Source: an uncultured Acholeplasma sp.
GTDB lineage: Bacteria; Bacillota_I; Bacilli_A; Acholeplasmatales; Acholeplasmataceae
Assembly (NCBI GenBank): GCA_964648225.1
Contig: CAZYKH010000001.1
Span: 135,959 to 199,958 of the forward strand
Length of the DNA: 64,000 bases
Reading direction: 5' to 3'
Within the stretch, counting starts at the first letter, position 1; every line of letters starts with the position of its first letter. Made by a program: the position numbers and the translations under genes. A model generated the notes under the pieces. It was given only the letters and a program-made list of their open reading frames with translations, made no database searches and was not told the origin of the DNA. This document shows, piece by piece, positions 18,512 through 27,017 of the stretch.

Positions 18512-20095
18512 TTAATCTTCTCCTAGATATGTCGCTAGTGCGTCTTCGTAAATTGGTTTAATTCTTTCCATCTCTGTTCTTGCATCACCATTTTGGATTG
18601 CTAGGTTTGCTGCACCATACCATCCATTTGCTGCAAATTTAGAGATACCTAATGCACCAGTTAAATCTAATGTTGTCTTATCAAAAATACTTAAGTATGC
18701 ATCAATTGATGCTGAATCGTTAAATCTTTGAATTAATGTTGCATGGAATTCTGTCGATAATTCTTCGTCAGTTTTCCACATTTGAATTTCATTCCATACT
18801 TGGAACGCTAATGCTTCTTTTTCTGCACTTAATCCACTTGCTATTGTATAAACTGCAACACCACTAATCGGTGAAACATACTCACCGGTATATGTGTCGC
18901 TAACTGGATAAGGAACAAATCCAACATCAAAGTTTAATCCTGCCCATCTATTATCTGCGTTTAAGAACCAGAAACTACCTGGATGGAGCGCAACTTTACC
19001 AGCTATCCATAAAGCAGAACCTGCGTCATATTGTGGTGAACCTTCCCATAGACCTTTATTGGATAATCCATGTAAGAAGTTATATGTTTCTAATGCTGGT
19101 GCTTGATGGAATGCAACACGACCTGATCTTGCATTAATGAGTGAACCACCATTTAAAGGAATCATATTTTCTGCATAAACAGCTTTAATACCACCTAATA
19201 CACGGTAGTCATCACCCATACTTGGTAATGCTGCTTGAGCTGCATCAGCCCATTGTTCAAATTTAGACCAAGTCCATTCACCATTATTAAATAGTTCTGC
19301 TGGGTTATCTAAACCTAAGTCATTGATTAGTTCTACGTTAAAGTATAGACCTACATCCACTGTTGGTTTATTTACTGAAAACGCATAGAATTGACCTTTA
19401 AATGTACCTAGTTCCTTTGCTGGAGCTGTAATATTAGATCCTGTAGTACTTAAGTACTTATCTACTGCTGCGATTGCGTTTGCATTAGCAAGTTGAGCAG
19501 TCCAGTCAGATGTTGTCCAATAAATATCTGCTAATGGAGCACCTTCAACTGATGCTTGAATAATTGCATTTACGCGGTCTGGTCCCCAAGTTGCAGCCGT
19601 TGGATATGCTTTATATACAACTTTAACATTTAATCTTTCTTCAACTTCTCTTTGTTTATTTTGTCTAGCTTGTTGTTCTCTACCAGAGAATGCTGGATCA
19701 AATGGGTCAACTTCATATGGTGCACCGTGCATAATAACAATTTCAGTCGGAGGTGTTGTATGGACTATCTTCACTGTAATTGTTCTTTTTTTAGTGACGA
19801 CATTTCCATCTGAGCCTTCAACTGTATAAGTTAGTGTATAAGTACCAGCTGCACTCGTTACAACTGTACCTTCTACATTAATACGTGATGTAATATCACC
19901 ATCTACAGTATCGTTTGCTGTGACCCCTTCCATTGGATCAAATGCGTCCCCTACATTAATTGTTTTATCTGAAACTCCAACAATTGTTGCAGTGTTTTCT
20001 TCATTACCATTGCCATTATCATCGCCGCCGTTACCACAAGCTGCTAAAGTAAATAGCATCACAAACAGTAATAAGAATGAGAATATCTTTTTCAT
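18512..20095 (-). CDS. lipoprotein: Ig-like (DUF5011-type) domain fused to ABC sugar-binding protein
   Basis: Lipobox LAAC|G, an NG/D-rich linker, a DUF5011-like segment (GDITSRINVEGTVVTSAAGTYTLTYTV), then an SBP_bac_1-like domain. RBS AAAGGAG. Confidence 0.85.
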   Translation of the reverse strand: MKKIFSFLLLFVMLFTLAACGNGGDDNGNGNEENTATIVGVSDKTINVGDAFDPMEGVTANDTVDGDITSRINVEGTVVTSAAGTYTLTYTVEGSDGNVVTKKRTITVKIVHTTPPTEIVIMHGAPYEVDPFDPAFSGREQQARQNKQREVEERLNVKVVYKAYPTAATWGPDRVNAIIQASVEGAPLADIYWTTSDWTAQLANANAIAAVDKYLSTTGSNITAPAKELGTFKGQFYAFSVNKPTVDVGLYFNVELINDLGLDNPAELFNNGEWTWSKFEQWADAAQAALPSMGDDYRVLGGIKAVYAENMIPLNGGSLINARSGRVAFHQAPALETYNFLHGLSNKGLWEGSPQYDAGSALWIAGKVALHPGSFWFLNADNRWAGLNFDVGFVPYPVSDTYTGEYVSPISGVAVYTIASGLSAEKEALAFQVWNEIQMWKTDEELSTEFHATLIQRFNDSASIDAYLSIFDKTTLDLTGALGISKFAANGWYGAANLAIQNGDARTEMERIKPIYEDALATYLGED

Positions 20096-20209
20096 TTTTT
20101 ATCTCCTTTTTTTAAAAAGTATTTGTCACCAATATTATACTATGTATATAGTATCTATGAATTTATTACACTAAATTATGCTTGATATTTTCACATTATT
20201 AAAATCTTT

Positions 20210-20223
20210 TTCAAACGCTTACA
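20210..20223. promoter_or_regulatory. cre-like box upstream of the SBP-to-nagB operon
   Basis: Minus strand reads TGTAAGCGTTTGAA, a 12/14 match to cre consensus TGWAANCGNTNWCA. Lies between the terminator at 20243-20270 and the operon start. Confidence 0.4.
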
Positions 20224-20242
20224 TAATCTACCATAATGAAAC

Positions 20243-20270
20243 AAAAAGCCCAATTTATCATTGGGCTTTT
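20243..20270 (-). terminator. rho-independent terminator of the 822-aa surface protein gene
   Basis: Stem AAAGCCCAA / TTGGGCTTT with a 7-nt loop, followed on the minus strand by TTTTTGT. Confidence 0.8.
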
Positions 20271-20287
20271 CGAATTAAACTAATTTC

Positions 20288-22756
20288 TTATTTTTTCTTC
20301 ATGAAGAATAATAGTGCTGAACCACCAAATGCAACGAGGGCTGCACCTAATGACATAAGAACTGCAGTTAATACGTTTACCCCACCGTTAGCCTTTAAAG
20401 CGTCTTCGATTGCTTTATCTACTTGTTCAGGTGTTAATCTGTTATCAACTTCATCTTTTGTTTCTTCAACTTTGTTATCAACTTCATCTACTTTATTTTC
20501 GACCTCAGTTACTTTTTCTTCAAGATCTTCTTGTGTAGGTTTAGCTTGTTTAACTACTACTGTGAAAGCAACTTCAGTTTCGTTACCAGCACGGTCAGCT
20601 GCACCAACGATAACTTGGTATGTACCTGGTAATAATTTACCATCAGCCATTGCCATATTACCATTATCTAATACATATAGACTTAATTGTGCTCTTGTAT
20701 CAAAGTTGTCAATTGCAACAACGTTTGCAAGAATTGCATTATCAACAGATGTAAATCTATCGGATTCAACTGTATATTGATTGTCAACAACTACTAATTG
20801 AGGCGCTGTTTTATCATCAATAACGAGTTCATAAGAAGTCTTTGTAACGATATCTGTTTCAAAATCTTCAGTACCTAGTACAAATGAAATTGGATGACCA
20901 AATGGTAAGTTTCTTAAACCAGCAGCATTTACTGAACCATGAACACCAACAACAAATTCACCTTCAGCAAGCACTAAGCCGCTTCTCCATGCATTAAATT
21001 GAGTTTCATCTTCTACAGCAACACCATCTTCAGTCATGTGATTCCAGTTATAACGGTCATACCATTCTTTTAATGTACCATCTGCAGCAACATATAAGAA
21101 TACTGAACCATAAGCAGATCCCACATTATTAACAGCTTCAGATTCTGTAAAGATTGCGAAGCGTCCATAATTTGTCACACTTACGTTAGTAACTGTATTC
21201 ACTACTGAAAGATCGATTGAATAATCTGTACCATCAATTGTTAATACTGTAGGTTCCCCAGCGATAAATACATTATAAGTAAATTCTAAATTAATTTGAT
21301 AAGTACCTGGTTTTGGATTATACATGTTAAAACCAGCAGGTGGTGTTACTTTGATTGTATTTGTTAAATCATTACCATAACCATCATCAGCTTTAATGTC
21401 ACCTAATAGGTCAACAAAGACACCCTCATCTGCAAAACGTTTTTTAACGTTTGTGAATTTAGGAGGTAAGACACCAACAGCAATTTCAACTTCAACTTCT
21501 GTTAATCCATTTTCTGGATGTTCAGCTGAATATAACGCAATATAACCATTACCAAATCCTGATGAATCGACAACAGTTAATGCAGCATCTGGAGTATATG
21601 TATCACTATCAGCATCGTAAACAAAATTAATTGTTTGTAATGGTGTAGGTACATGATCTTCATCAGCTAAGTTATAATCTGCAACATCAAATATTTCTAC
21701 TTTATAAGATAACTTTTCTGTTTGATTAACAATGAAACCATCTTCATCATACATTTTTACCCAAGTTACAGATATGTCATTTGGTAAATCAAATGAAGGT
21801 GCATTAAATTCAACAATCATTTGTGTTCCAGGTGTAGCGCCATCATCATCATGTGAACTAATTCCAGCAAATACAGGATCTGGGAAATTATACGGTCTAT
21901 TCATCTTAGGTGCTTCTTCTTCTAAGAATGATGGTACAAACATCTTAACAAAGTCTGTCGATGAGTATGCACCACGGTCATTTGTACCGAATGAGACTGT
22001 AGACCATCCTGCAGGAATAACTACATGATTTGGATTGTAATCTAATAATAAAGTTTGTTCTGCCTCAGGAACCGCATCTTCACCTGTTAACGCTGCTAAG
22101 TCAGCATTTACCCATTTTAGATATACAAGTGGTTCTAATACATATCCATCTGCATCTGTTTCATCTCTCATGATTCTTACATGAGTTAAACGTGTGTTTG
22201 GTGTATCTACAGCTGGATTTGCAGCTTCATCATATGCTGTGATTTCAGCTTCTGTAGCTAATCTCCAATCAGCATTTTCATAAACATCCGTACCATCATT
22301 GTGGATATAGTAAGTAAAGAAGTGGTCTTCGAACATCATGAGTTCGCCTTCTTCATTAAAATATGCATACATGCGATGTACTGATGTAGTAATATCTGTT
22401 CTTGCAGTATCTGTAGACATTTCAATATCATCTTCACCATCATTAATTGTCATAACAGCAAACGCATTCCATGATAGTGCCGGATAATCTGTTGGTGCAA
22501 TTAGACCATCTGCATCTGCATCAGTCCATAGGTGAGCAAATCTTACCCCGCCACGAACAAAGTGATATCTATGACCTAAAAACTCTAAGTCCCAATTTGA
22601 ATCCCCTACGAGTGTAAAAGGTGTACTGGGTCCATAAAGTGCACTTGGGTCATCATATGGATAGATGTCCACGAGGTCACCATCTTCTGCAAAAGTTGGC
22701 ATCATGACAACTAACGCAGCAACGAACAACAAGAATAATGTTGTAATTTTTTTCAT
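20288..22756 (-). CDS. 822-aa acidic surface protein of unknown function (signal peptide, Ig-like DUF5011-type segments, coiled coil, C-terminal TM anchor)
   Basis: Signal MKKITTLFLLFVAALVVMMPTFA. Coiled coil EEKVTEVENKVDEVDNKVEETKDEVDN. C-terminal TM LTAVLMSLGAALVAFGGSALLFF followed by MKKK. No catalytic family recognised. Confidence 0.8.
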   Translation of the reverse strand: MKKITTLFLLFVAALVVMMPTFAEDGDLVDIYPYDDPSALYGPSTPFTLVGDSNWDLEFLGHRYHFVRGGVRFAHLWTDADADGLIAPTDYPALSWNAFAVMTINDGEDDIEMSTDTARTDITTSVHRMYAYFNEEGELMMFEDHFFTYYIHNDGTDVYENADWRLATEAEITAYDEAANPAVDTPNTRLTHVRIMRDETDADGYVLEPLVYLKWVNADLAALTGEDAVPEAEQTLLLDYNPNHVVIPAGWSTVSFGTNDRGAYSSTDFVKMFVPSFLEEEAPKMNRPYNFPDPVFAGISSHDDDGATPGTQMIVEFNAPSFDLPNDISVTWVKMYDEDGFIVNQTEKLSYKVEIFDVADYNLADEDHVPTPLQTINFVYDADSDTYTPDAALTVVDSSGFGNGYIALYSAEHPENGLTEVEVEIAVGVLPPKFTNVKKRFADEGVFVDLLGDIKADDGYGNDLTNTIKVTPPAGFNMYNPKPGTYQINLEFTYNVFIAGEPTVLTIDGTDYSIDLSVVNTVTNVSVTNYGRFAIFTESEAVNNVGSAYGSVFLYVAADGTLKEWYDRYNWNHMTEDGVAVEDETQFNAWRSGLVLAEGEFVVGVHGSVNAAGLRNLPFGHPISFVLGTEDFETDIVTKTSYELVIDDKTAPQLVVVDNQYTVESDRFTSVDNAILANVVAIDNFDTRAQLSLYVLDNGNMAMADGKLLPGTYQVIVGAADRAGNETEVAFTVVVKQAKPTQEDLEEKVTEVENKVDEVDNKVEETKDEVDNRLTPEQVDKAIEDALKANGGVNVLTAVLMSLGAALVAFGGSALLFFMKKK

Positions 22757-22803
22757 TTTTTAACTCCCTTTTCCTTTATTTTGTTTTCTAAACATGTGGC
22801 TTC

Positions 22804-22832
22804 ATTATATGCTCAACTGAAAGCGCTGTCAA
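22804..22832 (-). promoter_or_regulatory. consensus sigma-A-type promoter for the 822-aa gene
   Basis: Minus strand TTGACA (22832..22827), 17-nt spacer, TATAAT (22809..22804). Both hexamers match consensus perfectly. About 45 nt upstream of the ATG. Confidence 0.7.
22818..22831. promoter_or_regulatory. cre box (14/14 to consensus) overlapping the -35 element and spacer
   Basis: Plus strand TGAAAGCGCTGTCA matches TGWAANCGNTNWCA at all 14 positions. Confidence 0.55.
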
Positions 22833-22851
22833 TTTATTTTTACCAATAAGC

Positions 22852-22865
22852 CGATAACGCTTGCA
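22852..22865. promoter_or_regulatory. second cre-like box upstream of the same promoter
   Basis: Minus strand TGCAAGCGTTATCG, 12/14 to the cre consensus. Confidence 0.3.
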
Positions 22866-22905
22866 TATTTTTACATTTTGGAAAATATTTTCAGTTTTTT
22901 CAATT

Positions 22906-25900
22906 TTATCTAGTTGTACCTGGTACGAATACATTGAATGTACGTGTACTTGTTTGACCATCTAATATAACTGTAATTGTATAACTTACTGTGGTATTAT
23001 GAGTGGGCATTGATATAACACGTCCCGCATGATCAATAATTTCAGGATTACTTGAAACCATCGAAATTTGAGCATTTGCATAGTTTAATGCAACCTCATA
23101 TTCGACGTCTGCCATCTTTTGAAATTTAGGCTCTAAACCTGAAACCAATAAGGCATTTGGACAATGTTTCCCAGAAAAATGTTGATGGAACTTAATGTGT
23201 TCTCTTGGAAGGTTATATTTAACCAGTGTTTGAGATGCCCATTTAGCTGTTCTTTGCCAAATTCTATAAAGATCGTCACCCATACCAACGTTCATTTCAA
23301 TTGCAATAGCGTTTCTATTACCACCGCCTAACAGTTCCGGTCTAACGATGCCTTGGATTATCACAGGTCCACCTACAGGTGCACTGCCATCACCAGCATG
23401 CCATGCAACTTCTCCTTCAGGGATGTGTTGATACATTTCATAATCATCTATTGTGTAATGCCAAGATACTTGCGCACCATTATTAGCTGCCTGACCTAAT
23501 AAATAGTTAGCATGTGATAATGCACTAGACGATGGATCCGTATTTGCAGTATCATGCACAGTTATCCAGTGTACATTTTTGTCATTATACGTTATCGCCG
23601 GTTCTGGAATGTCAGATAATGCATATCCTGGTCTAACACGCCCGCCCTTGTATTGGTCTGGAATCATTTTTGTTGTATCAATTATAATTTCATCAAAATA
23701 GAAGTTTGAGACTGATTCATACCCAACAACTCGGTATGATGGACCTGTTCCTGTTTCCCAGAAATCATGTTTTTTAAGGTATGCTTGCTGATTTAATGTG
23801 AGTAGATCTAATAAGTTGTTTTCATCTAATGATTCGTAGAAAGTTACATAATACGTTTCATAGACTTCGCTATCATCTGCAAGTCTTACAGTGATAATGA
23901 CTTGACCCGCTGTATGCGATGTAACCACACCATTTTCATCTACAGTAGCGACCAAATCATTGGATGATTCAAAAGTTACCGCTTTATCTTGTATTGTAAT
24001 TGGGAAAGGTGTCGCTTCAATCGTTAGACTATCACCTGCAACAAGTGATTGTGTATCGATTGATGGTGTTAAATTAATACCCGGATCGGTAGTGACTTTA
24101 AAGTCAACTGTGGTTTCTGCATCAGATGCTCTTGATGATGCAGAAATTGTAATTGCTGCTTCACCACTTTGTTTTGGAACAAGTTTACCAGTACCTTCAA
24201 CCATGAGTATGTCTGCATCTGTAGTTCTAAATCTAAAACGAGCATTTTCTAGTTCATATGGTAAATATTCATACTCAATAAATAATTCTTCACCAACCCA
24301 AAGTGTATCTAAATCTGTGGTAACAAAAATGAATAATACAATTTCCGGATCAAAGTTTGCTTCAGATACAATATCTGCTTTTTCTTCATAATGACCTATA
24401 AGCATTCGTTCTGGAATATTTTCAAAATCATTTAAATCAAGTGTTTGGCTACCCCAAAAATTGAGCGTGAAATCAATATTAGAATTTAAGTTTGCAATTG
24501 CTCCTTTATCACTATAATTTACAACCGAATTAAAACGAACAAATGCAGATATTTCTGTCTCAGCTAGCATCACTTTAAATGCAGTTTCAATGTCTTCAAT
24601 ATCATTCCAAGCAATTTGTAGTGAAGTTTCTTCACTATATGTAGTACCTAAAACTTCTACAGCTACTTTGGTATTTTTAATGATATTGTTTTTAATATCT
24701 AATTTGCCATCTAGTATTTCTCTAACCAATATTGCATGACCATCAACATTAGAAATAGTGTTTTTATCCACATATAAAGTTGCTGCTAATGCAACATCTA
24801 TTGCAGCCAATACGGAAGCATCTAAATTACTAAATTCATTATGAACTACCGTTAGGTTTTCAGCACTTTCAAGTGCTTTGATAAACCCTTCATCACTAAA
24901 TTTGAATCCATCTATTGTTATACCCGGTGCATCAATTGTAAGTTGTTTGGTAATAACGACATTTGGTGTTGCAGCAATAAGCGTTACATCTGACTTGTCG
25001 AGTGTAATCGATGTATCTAATGTCATGTCAAAGACATGAATTTTAGTACCATCATTTGCTTTTTCTAATGCCGCTTCTAGTGTATTAAACAAGCTTGCGC
25101 CATAAATGAATTCTAAGTCATTAATTACAACTTTATCACCATCTTGTTTTGTTACATCAACTGCCAATTCATTATAAATTGTCATTTCATGATTTGCAAA
25201 AACTGCTTCATCAGCAATAGAGGTTGCAGTAATAACAACTACACCACTACCAACTGGTGTTACAACACCATCTTGGCTAACTTGAGCAACTGCTTCATCA
25301 CTTGATGACCAAATCACTTGAGGAACAGATGTTTCAGGACCTAAGATGGTTGTAAGTTTGACATTGCTGCCTACATTTAACTTCGTTTCACCTTCAATTA
25401 AGATTGTAGTAGCAACATCATAAACTATTAAGTCAATTGATGCTTTAACTGAACTATCTGATTTAAGTGTCATCGTAATCGTAAAGTCTCCTGGCGCAAT
25501 TGCAGTAATAATTCCACCTTCATCTACTGTTGCAACCAAGTCATTACTTGAACTAAATGTAACTTCCCCATCAGCTTCAAATTGTAATTGTAAGGTTTGG
25601 CCCTGCCATAAATAAGCACTTGGTTCTCCAATGGATAATTCAACAGTTGGCTCAGTCACCAAAACATCTACACTTTTAAAGACTTCTTCATCTGTTTTGG
25701 AAGTCACCTTAATCGTTGTATTACCAGCTTTTAAAGCAGTAATTAGGCCCGCATTAGATACATCAATAATTGATGGATCTGTAACATTTATCTCGTAACC
25801 AAGTGGGTCATTCGTTGTAATTTCTAGTTGAAATGTATCATCGACTTCTAAACTAATTGGGCCACTTGAAATACTTAATGTAATATCCTTTGTCGTATCA

Positions 25901-25974
25901 TCTGTACCTTCTGCACAAGCTACTAAAGTAACAAACGCTACAACAATACTTACCATAGTAAATATTTTCTTCAC
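22906..25974 (-). CDS. 1022-aa lipoprotein: Big_2 Ig-like repeats + parallel beta-helix-like region + N-acetylmuramoyl-L-alanine amidase (Amidase_2) domain
   Basis: GTG start with GGAGGAGG RBS and lipobox LVAC. Big_2-like segments (GLITALKAGNTTIKVTS, GIITAIAPGDFTITMT, GVVTPVGSGVVVITAT, GVVTSHTAGQVIITV). Amidase_2 region around aa 795-945 (nt ~23140-23592) has WITVHDTA, AWHAGDG, NAIAIEM and KHCP, so the Zn ligands His/His/Cys are present. Confidence 0.85.
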   Translation of the reverse strand: MKKIFTMVSIVVAFVTLVACAEGTDDTTKDITLSISSGPISLEVDDTFQLEITTNDPLGYEINVTDPSIIDVSNAGLITALKAGNTTIKVTSKTDEEVFKSVDVLVTEPTVELSIGEPSAYLWQGQTLQLQFEADGEVTFSSSNDLVATVDEGGIITAIAPGDFTITMTLKSDSSVKASIDLIVYDVATTILIEGETKLNVGSNVKLTTILGPETSVPQVIWSSSDEAVAQVSQDGVVTPVGSGVVVITATSIADEAVFANHEMTIYNELAVDVTKQDGDKVVINDLEFIYGASLFNTLEAALEKANDGTKIHVFDMTLDTSITLDKSDVTLIAATPNVVITKQLTIDAPGITIDGFKFSDEGFIKALESAENLTVVHNEFSNLDASVLAAIDVALAATLYVDKNTISNVDGHAILVREILDGKLDIKNNIIKNTKVAVEVLGTTYSEETSLQIAWNDIEDIETAFKVMLAETEISAFVRFNSVVNYSDKGAIANLNSNIDFTLNFWGSQTLDLNDFENIPERMLIGHYEEKADIVSEANFDPEIVLFIFVTTDLDTLWVGEELFIEYEYLPYELENARFRFRTTDADILMVEGTGKLVPKQSGEAAITISASSRASDAETTVDFKVTTDPGINLTPSIDTQSLVAGDSLTIEATPFPITIQDKAVTFESSNDLVATVDENGVVTSHTAGQVIITVRLADDSEVYETYYVTFYESLDENNLLDLLTLNQQAYLKKHDFWETGTGPSYRVVGYESVSNFYFDEIIIDTTKMIPDQYKGGRVRPGYALSDIPEPAITYNDKNVHWITVHDTANTDPSSSALSHANYLLGQAANNGAQVSWHYTIDDYEMYQHIPEGEVAWHAGDGSAPVGGPVIIQGIVRPELLGGGNRNAIAIEMNVGMGDDLYRIWQRTAKWASQTLVKYNLPREHIKFHQHFSGKHCPNALLVSGLEPKFQKMADVEYEVALNYANAQISMVSSNPEIIDHAGRVISMPTHNTTVSYTITVILDGQTSTRTFNVFVPGTTR

Positions 25975-27017
25975 TACTTTTCCTCCTCCATTTCATAAAT
26001 TATGTTCCCTATCTCATTTCTTAATCCAATGATTTGATTTAAATTTCTCTTAGGGTGGACCGCATTCGAAACTAAAACAAATCCCAATTTATTTTTCTTA
26101 TCGATAAACATATGACAACCTGTAAAACCTGTATGACCAATCGTTTGATCAAAATCACGGTACTTGCCAGCAAAACTATCATCATATGGTTTTAGATAAC
26201 CCAAGGTTCTTGTCACTTTGTAGCCCAAGGAATCATCAGTAATTACTGGTTCAAATAACATATCTGTTAATTGTTTGTTTAAAACAAATTCATCTTTTAA
26301 AATACTTTGAATGAATAATCCAATATCATAGGCTGTAGAAAACAAGCCGGCATGACCAGATAACCCACCTAGTAAATAAGATTTTTCATCATGGACTTGC
26401 CCTTTTAATAATCCTTTTGAAAAATCATCATCATGATATTCTGTAGGGGCAGCACGATTGACATCCGGTTTATAATTAGAATCTTTCATACTTAGTGGTT
26501 CAAAAACATACTTTATGGCTGCTTGATCAATGGGCATACCAAAAAGTTTTTCTGTAATTTTGCCCAGTAAGATAAACCCTACATCCGAATAAACTACTTT
26601 AGTGTGTGGTTCATATGTAAGTTCCATATTATAAATAATATCCATCACTGTACTACCATCTTTAACTGTACGTATTTTAGGTACATCTGCAGGTAGGCCT
26701 GATTGATGTGAAAGTAAATCTTTGATTGTTGTATTAGGGTGTTTATAACGTTCTAATAAAGTCTGTATTTTCGTTTCCAAACTTAATTGATTAAGCTCAA
26801 TTAATTTCATAATGAGCGTCGTTGTCGATATAACTTTTGTTAAAGAAGCTACATCATAAACTTCATCGCCTTTTAATACTTCCTTTGTTGGGTATATTTG
26901 TTTATACCCAACAAAGTCTGTTGTGATTTTATCTTTAGTTACGTAAGCATAGTGTGCGCCAGGAAATTTATTTTGTTCAATTGCACTTTGTAAAAACGCT
27001 TTTAATCTATTCATCAT
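25974..27017 (-). CDS. serine hydrolase of the beta-lactamase/AmiE (YbbE) family, cytoplasmic
   Basis: 347 aa with no signal peptide. Motifs SxxK (ASLTK), YSD and HTG (IGHTGFTG). Confidence 0.8.
   Translation of the reverse strand: MMNRLKAFLQSAIEQNKFPGAHYAYVTKDKITTDFVGYKQIYPTKEVLKGDEVYDVASLTKVISTTTLIMKLIELNQLSLETKIQTLLERYKHPNTTIKDLLSHQSGLPADVPKIRTVKDGSTVMDIIYNMELTYEPHTKVVYSDVGFILLGKITEKLFGMPIDQAAIKYVFEPLSMKDSNYKPDVNRAAPTEYHDDDFSKGLLKGQVHDEKSYLLGGLSGHAGLFSTAYDIGLFIQSILKDEFVLNKQLTDMLFEPVITDDSLGYKVTRTLGYLKPYDDSFAGKYRDFDQTIGHTGFTGCHMFIDKKNKLGFVLVSNAVHPKRNLNQIIGLRNEIGNIIYEMEEEK

Noticed and set aside
20003-20035. Similar NG/D-coding repeats (ccattaccattgccatt...) at 20003-20035 and 39301-39335 as a possible dispersed DNA repeat
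   Set aside because: They encode the low-complexity Asn/Gly/Asp linkers just after the lipoboxes of two lipoproteins. The similarity reflects amino-acid composition, not a mobile or regulatory repeat.
20178-20780. 200-aa plus-strand ORF, Ser/Thr/Ala-rich, listed in the ORF track
   Set aside because: It lies mostly antisense to the 3' end of the 822-aa gene and runs across that gene's terminator. It has low-complexity composition and no RBS, so it is an antisense artefact of the coiled-coil coding region.
22880-22895. GAAAATATTTTC palindrome downstream of the amidase gene as a terminator
   Set aside because: It is a pure A/T stem with no loop and no G-C pairs, so it is too weak to call. The anmK operon may read through towards the 822-aa gene promoter region.
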